Shown here: positions 37,801-50,900 of the stretch, piece after piece
How positions within the stretch are numbered: position 1 is the first letter of the stretch
How the letters are laid out: the number at the start of each line of letters is the position of its first letter
Translations under genes and position numbers: made by a program
Assembly (NCBI RefSeq): GCF_026571515.1
Contig: NW_026865813.1
Span: 124,001-188,000 of the forward strand
Length of the DNA: 64,000 nt
Direction of reading: 5' to 3'
From: Ruditapes philippinarum
Taxonomy: Eukaryota
Notes under the pieces: generated by a model
Database searches by the model: none
Told to the model about the DNA's origin: nothing
What the model saw: the letters and a program-made list of their open reading frames with translations, nothing else

Positions 37801-40798
37801 CTATTATTTCATTTGAGCCGCGTCACGAGAAAACCAACATAGTGCGTTTGCGACCAACATAGATCCAGACCAGCCTGCACATCCACGCAGTCTGATCAGG
37901 ATCCATGCTGTTTGCTTACCAACCCTATTACAAGTAGAGAAACTGATAGCGAACAGCATAGATCCTGATCAGACTGCCCGAATGCGCAGGCTGGTCTGGA
38001 TCCATGATGGTCGCAAACATACTATGTTGGTTTTGTTGTGATGCGGCTCATTTATTTTTTACCATGAGCAACAAATACACAACATTATACTGTGACAAAT
38101 ATAATTTACAATAGATAATAACAAAACATGATTTTTATTACAACTACCTGTACTTACCTGTATCATTTTCATTAAACAGTTTACATAACTTGTTAGTGAT
38201 GTCCTCACATTGTCTATCCAATGAGTATGAATCACAACATGTCTTGAAACTTAGCAACGACAAAGGAACCACTTTCCTGAAACAATACTCAGTAGAATCA
38301 GTTTCTAATAACTGCCACAATTCTATTAGTATCAGACAAAGTTTTAATTAACACAAATAGAAAAAACAAATCTGAATGGATTTAACATGATGCTGCTTTA
38401 TTTCATCACTACAGATATCTCTCTTCGGAAATTAAGTTTAAATTAAACAGCAGGTTCAATCTTCAAAACCTGAAGCAAAATATACTGATAAAGAAAATCA
38501 AAGACAGCAGCAGATTTACATCAGATGGAATCTTAGTCACATGTATGAACAATAGTAAAAGTACACATCCCACTTGAACTCAATAAGGAAAAACAATTTT
38601 CAACAAACTTAACAGAGGATTACCTGACTAACAGTGCTGTTATAATTTTCTGGTCCTTCTGGATCATCGATTTAGGCACGTTTAAGTGTAAAAAATCGAG
38701 TACCGCTCAAGCCGGTGCCAGGGGGCCTGAGGGATATGTTGCACTTTTTCATTATCCCCTATATAAAGACTCAATCAAACTGAGTCTGCAACTTCCCAGG
38801 GGTCACACTTTTTCCAGATTAATTTTTACAGTATAACAGCTATGAGTTAACCAAGATACTCTTAACATAACAACCACCATCAACAACAACATTACATTCA
38901 AAAGTAGTGGTTGGAAAGAAAATAAACATTGGTAAATGAAAAGGGCTTACTGTAATTTCACTGGCCTTTTGTCCAGCAAAAAACTTAACTCTTCTGTTGT
39001 TAGTTCAGACAATGTTGTACACCATGATTTTGGCAATTTATCCCAGTGATTTTTGAAATAAAAATCCTGAAAAATCCAAAAGAAAACATAAGTAGTTTTC
39101 ATATAAAAAAAAACAATGATGAATTATTCAAAACATTACAGATTTACTATACAGTATAAGTCCAGTTGATTTGGGCAATCACCCTTCTTATTTCTATAAT
39201 AAATGTCAGTATATTTTACATCATTCTTATTCCCAACTAAATGTTATCATATATATTCAGATGATCAAATGATGATGTTAAATGCATATTAAAGATTTCT
39301 ATTTAGACTGATCTTTAAATTGGTGTTACTATCATTCTATAAATGAACAATATCTGGATAACATTCAGTAAATCATATTCAATGAAATTTTTGTATAACT
39401 GTACTAAGGAGTAAAAATCTATATTATACCAGATATGTTTTACTGTTGAGTCTGAACACTGCTTTTGACCACTTTAAATAATATATCAAAGAGGCATACC
39501 CTATTTTTCAATCTGGACAAAGCTGCTCATCTTGATTAAGAAAAAAGTTCAAAATAAAAATTACAGAGTGATAACTACCAGTCTCTCAGAGAATATTAAA
39601 AGATTTGGCTTGATTTTTTTTTTCAGTTTGATGTTTGTGTATATAGTATAGCATAACGTACTTCCATGTTAACCCATACATTTGCAGAGCAACAGATAAT
39701 GTGCATATTTGCATATTCACGCAATTAATTTTACAAAATATGCAATTGATTATTTTAAAATGTGTATCAAGACCCATTTAAAAATAAATAAAATACCCAA
39801 TTGTCTTAAATATCAAGGCATATTGTCATTTTCATCACTAAAGAAAAGTACATATGGTCTAGTGCACTGGAAGTGCACACTGTCTGCACTTCTTGTTCAG
39901 CTCTAGAAGTACAGAAGGGTGGGAAGTTTAGTGTGAACTCAACTGTAACCTGTTGTCGCTCATTGTTCTTGGACAAAGGTCAAATGCATGCTCTCAGAAT
40001 ATTACCAAATGTAAATCAGGTCTTACTTATCGACAGTCCCCAGTCTCCAAAGACTACCATTTAAAGTTGAATCAATTAAGCACTAAAACTGCCAGTTTGT
40101 ATAATTATCTACTAATTGACGGTCTTTACTGACCCGCAAAGAGCGTGAATGTGTATATGAATGTCCCATCATGGGCATGTGAATCATTTGTATCAATAGA
40201 CGCCCTGAAAGAAATATGGCATGCCATCATACAAGCGGGGACGAAAGAAGAAAAAAAAGATTTGAAACAAACAGAGCTCTAGTTTAATTACTAAATTAAA
40301 ACAGTTGTGAAAAGTTCTAGTAAATTGGTAAGTGAAGTAAGTACTATCTATAATTTTTTTAAAAACATTTTCAGCTTTACTGATATTGAACCATGAAATT
40401 CCTATCTTCATAAATGAATACCCAATTGTGAGATCTAAAATCATAGGGTAATGAAGGTCTGAATGAAATGATGGATACCCATTTCAGTTTCAAAACTTAT
40501 CTGTTGCTCTGCATTTGTGTTGAATAACTTTATCTATCCGAGTAAAACATCCTAATGTGAAATGTTTCGTTAAGGAAACGTCTGTCATCTGTTAAGGATA
40601 AAATGCTAAATTTATATATCGCGAATACTAGTTACAAAAAGATATATGAATCGGTCTGAACAAAGTTATGCAATAAAATACATAAATAATTACTGAAACG
40701 TAAGCATCTAATATCCATGTGTACTTGTGTAAGAAAGTTGTGAGCTGCTGAATATACAATTTCACTTTTTCAAGGTTTTCTGGCGATAATTTGATCAT
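25889..40798 (-). CDS. METTL25B: Methyltransferase-like 25B (RRNAD1), ~693 aa, 12 exons
   Basis: Exons 40798-40694, 39066-38951, 38276-38158, 37090-37025, 34813-34734, 31200-31040, 30693-30660, 29803-28932, 28375-28248, 27710-27578, 26917-26727, 25965-25889 (2082 nt, continuous frame). Motifs WILDAYV, HWDKLPKSW, FKKHVKPKKRHEI, VVDVGSGLGHL (SAM motif I), LTGLHACGDL, SVGCCYMK, RELACH, LAPVVETLVLLDR and PVFDPELSPRNFVL. Confidence 0.93.
26441..26646 (+). mobile_element. tRNA-derived SINE (family A-related)
   Basis: A box TGGCCGAGTGG, tccttgagcaa core, and a tail shared with 7958-8150. Confidence 0.7.
28736..28906. mobile_element. Degenerate Tc1/mariner-type MITE
   Basis: TA-CAG(A/T)ACAA...TTGTACTG-TA termini and internal cagaggt repeats. 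Confidence 0.4.
31431..32341. mobile_element. Tc1/mariner/pogo-type non-autonomous element, 911 bp
   Basis: TA on both sides; ~26-bp imperfect TIR CAGTTGACTCTC..TAA.TC.AAATC; internal subterminal repeats. Confidence 0.88.
32872..34164. mobile_element. TA-flanked TIR element (pogo/Tigger-like ends), 1293 bp, carrying a HIRAN-like ORF
   Basis: Perfect 24-bp TIR CCGTAATAATTCTATTTAGCGCCC with TA on each side; subterminal acgcccat repeats. Confidence 0.9.
33022..33402 (-). CDS. HIRAN-like domain protein inside a transposon (probably decaying; two compensating indels)
   Basis: SVIKGYHVY...LQCNLEPENEHSDSAIIVK..[VGHIP in the alternative frame]...GGGIEILC fits the HIRAN pattern (G...Y, L.REP.N.hD..A+.V, VGH+P). 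Confidence 0.65.
   Translation of the reverse strand: MCLLKSVIKGYHVYKYTCPVGTILQCNLEPENEHSDSAIIVKNKWISCWTYTVPEGLCQPLTKLFKDGLIVEISAKILGEPRSSSKGTFVKGGGIEILCTYKLYGKKDKKREVRSYVKMEIRKLEL
35007..36440 (+). mobile_element. HINE-type element with ~7 indel-rich ~160-bp repeats
   Basis: AACAAGAGGGCCATGATGGCCCT 5' hairpin; subTIR ctcacc / gtgag; (ggac)n microsatellite; terminal palindrome agctcac..tgtcac..gtgaca.gtgagct. Confidence 0.8.
37811..38053. mobile_element. Palindromic MITE (~240 bp)
   Basis: ~105-bp inverted arms (tgagccgcgtcacgagaaaaccaac...). Second copy at 49333-49573; degraded half-copy at ~43480-43585. Confidence 0.85.
38646..38791 (+). repeat. Dispersed ~145-bp element with two conserved hairpins (copy 1)
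   Basis: Homologous to 62371-62518 (-). Both share GAGTACCGCTCAAGCCGGTGC and AGACTCAATCAAAC(T/A)GAGTCTGCAA. Confidence 0.75.
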
Positions 40799-40847
40799 GG
40801 TTACTGAGCGCTTGAACCATAAATCCGTACCGGCTCGTCATTTATCG

Positions 40848-40860
40848 CGTCCGTAACGCG
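40848..40860 (-). promoter_or_regulatory. Candidate promoter motif CGCGTTACGGACG upstream of METTL25B
   Basis: Identical 13-mer at 6621-6633 in the FAM221B/CCDC112 promoter. Confidence 0.5.
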
Positions 40861-41150
40861 GGGATTTTGAAATGTATTTTTTTGCAATGTAATCTGTTGT
40901 AGAATATATAACGCATCAAATATCTGCTAGTTAAAAGATACAGTTGTCAAAAAGTAAAGTTTTCTATAACCTTTAATATATGCAGTTTTAAAGTTATTGA
41001 GATTTATTACGTTCAGGGCTAAATTCTGTTGACCCGTATGTTAAATTTCGCCTGGGACCAATCTTCTGCATATCTGTAGACGAGAAACTATTCCAAATTT
41101 TACAATCATAGAATGCACGAGTTTTCTTGGTGTGACTTAATTTCAAAATT

Positions 41151-41489
41151 CAGGGATTTTTTTGGCTTATTTTATAGCCATTATTGGGTCATATTCTCAA
41201 TTGAAAATAGTATATTATTTTCCCAATCCACAGGAAAAAAAATCCCAATTGAAAGTTACAAAATAAAAATATCGAATAAAAATTTTAAATTCTTTGCAAA
41301 TAAAGGCTTCTTCACTGTAATAGTGCTTAAATGTTTGAAGATGCCATCATAGACAGTAATTGTTTGATTCCAATTAATCACTGCAAAATTTCAGTCATGC
41401 ATTTTTCCAAATTTTTAACAAAACACCACTGAAATTCCCAATTCCATGGGTATGAGTCATGTTCCCAAAATCCTGAAAAAAATTCCCTG
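41151..41489. mobile_element. hAT-like MITE
   Basis: Termini CAGGGATTTTTTT / AAAAAAATTCCCTG and repeated ttccca motifs. Confidence 0.6.
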
Positions 41490-42857
41490 AAATTATGGGA
41501 TCCATATCAATATGAATATGAAAGCTCAACACTTATAATTAACGTACCGCGTAATGCGTTCCAACATGTTCGGTCAGTTTTCAGAACTACATGATGTTGA
41601 AAATTTTCTTTGATCACTTCATTCTTTAATCTGTTAATCTGAATGGCTGTCGATTGGCTCGTATATTTTTCATTATAAACAATGATTCCATACTTCTTTA
41701 CATTGCAGCTACATGTACGTATATCTCCACTAACGGGAATATAATTAGTGAGATGATTTATCGAGCATTTTGTCAATACCACACTTTGACAAGGAGACCA
41801 AGGCACATATATCACCGGCCGATGAAAATTTCAGGTCATATACACACATTCCTCATTCTTTTTACTTATCCACCAATAAAGAACAACAAGATAATGGCTA
41901 CAACCTTTTTTCCTCTTGTCTAGTTCCTTGTATTGCTTTTATACCATGGTTGATACTTCACTCACTCACATAACTACATGTGGTCACTCGTTTAGACATT
42001 TCCGCAATGGACTCACTAGAGAAGGACCAATCAATCAAATGGAGAATATTGTTGTACGTTTTGTGAACTTCACATTGCATCAATGTATAACATAAGACCA
42101 AATTCCCTTGTCGAAGGTTTGACGTCTGTCGGGAAACAATATGCTTTCATGAATGCAATAAGAATAAAGTCATCAAACATACAAATTTCTCCTGAAACCC
42201 TTTGTTGCGTAAAATATGTTCATATTTTTAACCAATAAAAAAATTATGACTGTCCCCAAGTACAATTATGCGTGCGTGCACGTGTTCGAAAAACTATATA
42301 ACTCGTGTCCGGTTCATAACTTAGTAAATGTGTTGCATGCTAGACTTAGGACTCTAGCACAAAGGTCAAGCTAGGACATGGCTTAAGATAATTATATTCT
42401 TATATTTCCTGTAATTTCCTGATAGTGCAATGGGCCAGCAATAAAGATTAATTTTTATGGTTTAATGGTGTTTGGGCGGTTAATAGACCCACATTTCATT
42501 ATGTAAAAGGTCAATTTTCAGCAGTGTTGGGCCTGATTATATATTCTTCGGGTTTACTTGATTTTTTTTTTCAAAACACATTGTATTACAAACAAACTCA
42601 TTTTTTAGTACGTATCACGTTCATTTTTTGGTCACTGCCTTAATTGTTCATATTGACACTATAAAAGATAATTTTAAAAGCTAAAGTTTGCCATAATGTG
42701 ACGTTTATGACATTTGCGATGGGATCCGTGTCCTCTGAAAATGTCCTTCATTCTTAGTCATTATATATCATAAAAATTTATATATCCATTATGATGGCAT
42801 TGATTTCAAAGATACCAAGAGTTTTTTCAGTACATGTAGTAGTGTGGTGGTTGAACT

Positions 42858-42905
42858 ATTGTTGTTGTTGTTGTTGTTGTTGCTGCTGTTGTTGTTCTTC
42901 TTCTT
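42858..42905. repeat. (TGT)n/(TCT)n microsatellite
   Basis: Direct inspection. It explains the poly-Cys in ORF 42791-42994. Confidence 0.9.
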
Positions 42906-44939
42906 ATTTCTTATCCTCCTATCTCCTTTCGTCTTCTTTTTCTTCTGTTTCCTATTTTCCAGTTACAATTACACCGACGTCTACTGTAAAATAAGAAGTC
43001 CTCATGTGCCCCTTTGTGAATAACAAGACTTGAGCGGACACTCGAGTAGAACTAACGCCCTTCAGTAAAGCCATACTTCATGAGCTTTTGGAAAACAATG
43101 CCCTATTTATATTCAAAATCTAACGGTTACAAATTCAAATGTTAACGAATCAAAACCTGTTCTTCAGATGGCAAAGGAAAATACCTTTCACCATTTCTTG
43201 TACGACATTATTTAAATCTTTAAAGGGGGCCATTTTAAAAACCAATGCAAAGACATTTTTGCTACGATTTTTATAACGTAATCGGCGTCCGCTTTTTTTT
43301 TTTTATTTTTTTGGGGGCCGCGCCCCCACGGACAATAAACCACATTTTAACATGGGTTTTGGCGACCCTAGGATCGAATCCAGACCTACTCGCAGCATTC
43401 CCCGGCCCGCCGCCCTCCCCGAACGAAGCGGAATGATGCTTTTTGGGGGGCTGGTCAGTTTTTCTACCTTGCCAATAGGGTTTTAATTGCGAACCCCAGC
43501 ATGGAAAACCTGATTAAGACTGTTTCGAAGCGCAGGCTGTCTCAGATTCCATGCTTTGTGTAAAAACCATTTAAAAATTGGTTTTGTTCATGAGCGGCTT
43601 CAAATTTTTGATTATTGACAGAAAACTAGTAAGTAGAAAAAAGAGAGAAAGAAAATGAACGCAATTATGGTAAAATTAACTAACAATAATTACGGTTTTA
43701 TGAGCGTAGGTTCAAATAGAAACACACGCTAAGTTTAACAATCAAATCAACTTAGGAATATGTAGTGAAAAGCAATTAAAATATCCTGACTCGGATTATA
43801 AAGTCAACGATAATCTTTGAAGATTATCCGACTGTTCGTTAATCTAAGCATTCGAGGTTACTGCGCTCTTTGTCCGTCGGAAAGATAATAACATTGATTT
43901 CTATTATTTACAAATCTTTCATTATACAAATGCTTGGCTAACAATAAACAAACAAAAAACCCTCCGTTATACAATACACAACAAGAATAGAATTGTTAAA
44001 CAATAGTACAGGGCATGTTGTGTACAAAGCTACCTATTAATCATATCAGTTATTGTGAACAGTCGTTCCATATTGATTCAAATTGTAAAATAACGCAAGT
44101 GTTGGTTTTATTTAATACTTAAAACGTTTTTAAACTTGTTTCATAAATGGAGTATTGAACAGGCATGATTCAAACATAATTGGTATTTCTATTGAACATT
44201 TGTTCTTTCATTATATTTCTATTACAAGATGTGTTCAAATGGTTTTCTATTTCTTACGCGGAAAATGGGCAAAAAAAGTGTATAGATAATAGCTGCAGTT
44301 TTGAATAGTGCATTATTGATGGATTCAACAAAATTTATTGTGGTAAAATTATGCGTCATTGCATGCGATGTTTTGTTAATATAATTAAAGATTTGCGACC
44401 AGAAAATTTATGAGATATAAAGAAAATGGGATGATCAGTTTAAAGAAAATGAATCAAGGATTTTATTCACAGCAAACACACATCTGTCAGTAAGTTCGGA
44501 TTATTTCAAACATCTTTAATTGAATTCACATTATATCAAAATATATTAATTCTATTGATTAACATTCAGAAATAAAGGAAACGTTTTATCAAAAAACATT
44601 TTAACTTGCATTGAAAAAATCCGACTGAGGTTTTGCTACTAGTATGTCAGATTCAATCGCAATTTTTAGACCCTAAGGACTATTATCAATAATAAGCGAG
44701 GAGTTCCGATTGTATCGGATTAAAATATTTTTGAACGTGATACACGACATTACAATCTGAACGAGAATCATTGAAAATACATGTATAAACACACTGTTTT
44801 GCAAACAATTGTAAAAATAGACAGCGAACTGGAATATTTACGGAAGAGGTAAATCGTGCCTAGAATATCTACACTTGTATATTCTTTAGGTAGATTAAAA
44901 CAAAAACAAAAACAAAAAAAAGAAAACAACTCAAACGTC

Positions 44940-47900
44940 ATGGCGGACTTTGAGTCTCAGTCATGGAAAGATCGCTGTGACAGATACTTTACATCTATTT
45001 CTGATACAGGAAAAGATCGTGATCAAGAAAAAACGGCGAAAAATGACTCAGAAAATTCGCGAGAAAAACGTGCAAGTCTAGATGATTTCTTCGATGATGG
45101 AGAGAAAGGTTGGAAAGATCTTTCAGAAATAAAGAAGGCTTTCTCTGAACATTGGTTTTTACGTCATATCAGAAATGCTCTTTCAGTGCTGGATATACAC
45201 GGCTCAAATATAGCCAGCAAAGCGAAAAACACCGTTGGATTTACAATTTGGGCGATTCTTACTTTAGTGTCTGTTATCACGTTTGGAATTTTATTATATT
45301 TTATGTTGCAGGAATATTTAAATAGGCCCTCTAGTTTTCGTGTTACTAGTTTATCAACTTCAGAACGAGTAGTTTCATCTGACATCTCACTGACAGTGTG
45401 TAATTTGAACGTAATTAAAAAATCTAGACTGCCTGACACAGGATTAAACGAGTTGCACAAATTCGTGTCTGGTGAAACTAAAGCTGCACCAAGAACAGAA
45501 AAAGTCACCGTCAAAGAAATGATAGAGAGTAATGAAAAACTGACTGAGTTTGTTACGGAACATAACCCTGGCAAAGTATCAGAGTTAGTTAAAAGTATTG
45601 AAAATGATGTTATTGTGCAGGAACTTATACATTCGTCGGAAGAATCGTTATTGTTCCGTCTTAGTAAATATGCAAGACCGCAGATATTAAGAGAAGTAAC
45701 TCATATCACTAAGGATGATGTAGAAAGAGCTGGACACGTGACTAATGAGACATTGGTCCAATGCTGGAGAGATAACTCAGAATGTCAATTAAGGTAAGAT
45801 ATTTTATTACTTATTTTATTCAACATTTCAGGGAAGAAACGTTTGCTAATGTTATGAGAACTCGCGATGAGCGGCCAAGTGGTTAACCACAAACTATAGG
45901 CACGTGTAAAGAATAGTACTAAATACAAAGTACCTTGAAATAGTGGAATGGAATTACATGTACAAGTCTGGCGATCGAATTATTTTATGGAATACATGAA
46001 ATAAATTTTGTTTATCACATACTCAAAATAAGAACAGTTAACAGTAAAAAAGATTTTTTTCCTTCAGTAGTTAATACTGTAACGCTACAACTAGCATGTG
46101 TTGACGCTATGTACATTACATTTGGACGACCGTGACTTTCCATTTTTTACGGAGTCGTAAAACTGCACGGGCATATCTTCAATATTATAGACCATGTAAT
46201 GATAATTAGAAAAGCTTAAAGCGAAGCATTTTTTCTGTAGCAGGGACATTCATACGGACAGTGATTCTGAAGAAGGCAATTGTGTTGTTGTTGGTGGTCT
46301 TAGAAATTCTACACAAGGTAAGACTCTTAGACCATTATAGAGAAAACTTTATTCATTTTGATAACGACTCATGAACCAACTTTTTCAGACCCGCCACTAA
46401 CCCCCTCCCGGCAAACACTTCATATAGGTCCGATGTCATCAGTATCGGACTGATATCGTCATCTGATGTCAGTATGTCTATTTTGGATAGATATCGGTCC
46501 GATATCGGAAGACCGACTGCAATATTCCGACTTATAGCCGATATAGGTCCGATAGGTATGATTGCTAGGCTGCCACCCCATCCACTCTACCTACAATTAA
46601 AAAGAGTTTAACTAAGAACTAATTACCTTTTCCTTTGATATATTGTTACATCCGTCTTAATGCACGTTCCGCTTCTTTACAGCTAGAAACTATCCGAAAT
46701 ATCCATATATTTGAACGACAAAATTTGTCCTTACGTTCGCATACAAATACAAATGTAGCAATAGGATATAAATTTATAGTATAACACGTACAATAAAGTA
46801 ACTGAAGTACAAAGAATTTGTATAATCCACATGTAATCCGCACCATCTGTCTACAGAAACTGTACACATCTCAAATATCAGTTAGATATTTATGATGAGC
46901 AAGTATTTGCATAAATAAACCAGCTATAAATGATTTGTGTATCAGTTCAAATACACGAATAGCAAAAAAGAATATCAAAAGCAGTGACATTTGGTGGGTG
47001 CAGAACGATAAAAAATATGCTGTTTTTCTTTTCATTTTATCATTATCCAACCAGTCAAGTCTTTTTCTTACCTTCTATAAAAGCAATCAGACGGATCATA
47101 ATGATTCAAATTGAATATAAGTATTAACTTGCAATTCCTATGTACTTATTTGAAAAATACTGATCTCCCTTTTGGATTTTTTTTCTTGTTTTCAGTAGAC
47201 ATTGTCTTGAATGCCCAGACAGACGAGTACATACACCAAATAACTCCTTCAGTTGGATTTAAGGTGTATCTAAGTGACAGTGATGGCACACACTTGTTTT
47301 CAAGTTCAGTGATAGAGATATCACCGGGATTTCGTTCAACAATATCCCTGAATAAGGTACGTTGTCACTTCCAGCATGCTTAGATAGCTAGACTTCTTTT
47401 ACTTTGTACATGTGTTAAACAAATAATCAGTTTTTTTTTATTTTGCTCACTAAGAACTAGTTCTTGAGAATGGTTTTCGCTCGTGGGCCACAAATGGCGA
47501 CTCAGATTAAATGTAAATTTCATTAAAAAGATACATACAGTCCAAGAATGATACCCATTTGGTCCAAGTAAAACGGCAACTAAAAGTATGTTTCGGCAGA
47601 GTGCCATAATTATATTGATCACACTGTCCGTTCGTAACATACATGTTACATTTACAACTATGACAATAGGAAAAAAACTGTCGCTGAGTGAACGTTTTGT
47701 TGTTTCCAGGTGACAACAGTTACGCGTTTGGAGAGGTCTTGTAGCTCGTCCAGTGGTAGCAAAGCGGTAAGTACGTATTACTAATCTAACTTGTTATATA
47801 TTTATGATATTACAATGCATATAAATATTTTAGTGGAATATGAAAAGCCTGATAAAAAAGTACTCTGCAACTTAAGAAAATTACGAACATACTCAATGCC

Positions 47901-50900
47901 AGTTATTGGATATACATTTCCTAAACAAGTTCTTTTTTAATACAAATGAAAAAATTGTGAAATATTTTATTTACCATCTATTTCAGGAATGTGAATTGAA
48001 CTGTTTGGAGAGTCATGTTGTTAACATATGTGAATGTAGCACAAATAGACAAACAAGCAATACGAAGCTGTGTATGATGAACTTTGTGTCCGACTGTACG
48101 TACGTTTACAACATGTATATTAATCTTGCTCATATAACAAATTCTCTGCATGATTGTATTTGATGAAAGTTTATGAAATCTTGCACTAAGATAAATTTAC
48201 CATTTTCTCTTGCCAATAAAATAAAAATAGTTTTTCTTGTTTCAGATTTTAAAGATTTATAGGGTGTTTTTTTCTATTATTTTTATTATTTCCGACTTGA
48301 AATTGAATTTATTATCAAACATGTTTTCAGATATATGCGTACAGTCTATCAAACAATTGCAAACACAAGGACACTTGCCGTGCCAGTGTAGAGAACAATG
48401 CAGGTAACACATGATTAAATATAATTATAACATTTAATTCTTAAATACATGTATACATGATATTTTAGTCATGTACTTGTCTGCCATAGTAAAGGAAAGT
48501 AAATATCACATGATAGCTATATATTATTCACATTATTCTATTTAACTGAAATGTTTTTTCTATCCACCATTAAAGATCTTGCCAAAAATCAAGGATGCTT
48601 TAGGAAGAATAACAATTATAGCTCTTTAAAATATTGCACTTTAACATGAAAACGTGATAATATTCGCAGCGTGGGATAAAAGAAGGGAAAAAGTGTGTCA
48701 ATACTCTTGTATGAAACATGTTCGCTTTGAATTTTCAGAGAAAAGAAATTTGACTTGAAAATGTCTACAGTTGGATGGCCACATAAACAATATATGGTAA
48801 CTATGAAAACCTACTGTTATAGCATTACGGTATATATATGCGTCTTACAATATCGACCATGCCATGGAAAAAATCTGAGACAGTTGTTTTAAACTGAATT
48901 CAATCATAACCTTCTATAACACATTTTGAAACATATAAGAATCAAACACAAAACATTAATTTCCATTAGGGAGTCCTTTGCTAAATTGGTCTTCAAATCA
49001 TATTTAATGTTTTATAATTATTATGCCAAGCCTTTTTAATGTTACTCTGGTTGCCCCTCTTTACACAAATTGATTTCCAATGGGAAGATTTATTGCAATT
49101 TTGATATACATTGTATACCATATAAGTAAAAGTTTTTGGTAAGTTCATAAATGATAAGATTAGTTAATAATTTATACAAATATAATCCAAACATGAACTC
49201 ATTTTACTTCTATTGTTATTTAAATGATAATCATAAGCAAATGATTTACAGGAATTATTTGGAAGTCGATTGTTACCTGGTCACCAAAATCTTAACGAGA
49301 GCTATCTAAGGTAATTTCTATCCTTCAAGTTAAATGAGCCGCGTCACGACAAAACCAACGTAATGCGTTTGCGACCAGCATGGATCCAGACCATCATGCG
49401 CATCCGCGCAGTCTGATCAGGATCCATGCTGTTCGCTTATTTACCCTATTGCAAGTAGAGAAACTGATAGCGAACAGCATGGATCCTTATCAGACTGCGC
49501 GGATGCGCAGGCAGGTCTGGATCCTTGCTGGTCGCAAACCCATTATGTTGGTTATGTCGTGACGCGGCTGAAATTAAGAATTCACGTCTGCATACGGAAT
49601 TAACTTTTCGTTTATTTTATCAAGGAAAAACCCTGGCTTTGTGATGAACTATAAATTAAGTTACATGTCGGGCCTCGACACTAACTTTTTTAGCAGGTGG
49701 TACGCCGGACCACTAGATTTGAAAGTTAGGTGGTCCTTCCAGAAGTCAGGTGGTCAGTTATCATTATTATATCATTTTATTGCAAATGTAGAAAAAATGT
49801 TTAAACTTTATGACAAAGATGTATTATTAACCTTTAAAGAAAACAGATATTTTTAGATATATATTTTTCATCTAATCAGAAAAGGGAGAGCAAGTCAGTA
49901 GGTATTTTATCGTAGAGTTATTTGTTTATTTGTTTTTATCTCAGTCAAAAATACACAACAGAGATCTTATTTATGTTAACTTATATATTAAAGTGATTTC
50001 TCCCTCAACTCAAGTTACAAAGTTAGGGAATAGTGAAGCCATTTGTGTCTGTGAAGTGTTATTTTCTTACTGTTATTCAAATATTCATTGCTGATACGTG
50101 GTACATCTTATAATCATGATAATAACATAGCATTTTTTAAAGATTAACATTTTTAATGGAACTAATAAATTATCTTATTCTTGTCTTTGAAAACAAGGAA
50201 ATATCTAAATTATTAAAATAATGACAACATTATTATTTACTATAACTTATCTTATTTTTCTCACAGATTTATAATACAGAATTTTACCTCCCTGTTGCTT
50301 GTTGGTTGATATTCATTTTTGACATTGGGTATTTTTAACCTTTTAAAATAATTTTAACTCTAGAAGAAACAGATCTCTTATCGTTAAACAGTTAAAATAA
50401 AGATAAATAGCATAGAATTACTAGATGTATTTTTCCAGTTCCTTTCGTTTGCTGCCATTATTCAAGTATCTGAAATTTAAGTTTATTCAATATCATATAA
50501 TTACCATCATCGGATACTCACGGTTGATTAACATGTAACATAACATAAATGTTAATGGTTCCGCTGTGGGTATCAGACGACGCATAATTACTAGCACCAT
50601 TTGAATGAAATTTGTACCTAAATTAATATCACAAATTCTTAACTCTTTTAACTTGCATAAACAAAATTTTAGCGACTTAAAATGACAGTTATTGATGACT
50701 TAAGAACTTCTTTAATTAATCAGAGATTAATGAACCATATACATGTACATCGGACATAGATTAATGATTTTAAACAAAATCTTATAACATGTTTTTGACC
50801 AAATCGCCATTCTCCCAAATGAGCCTTGCATCAACCAGAAAATTCAAGTGGTCCCACGGACCAGTGGGTTTTAAAATTAGGTGGTCCTTGCCAAAATCAA

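Noticed and set aside
38146-38162. 8-bp duplications at donors (also 8632-8649) as donor-site arrays
   Set aside because: Too short to separate from chance.
42791-42994. Cys-rich (metallothionein-like) peptide
   Set aside because: The poly-Cys is translation of a (TGT)n microsatellite.
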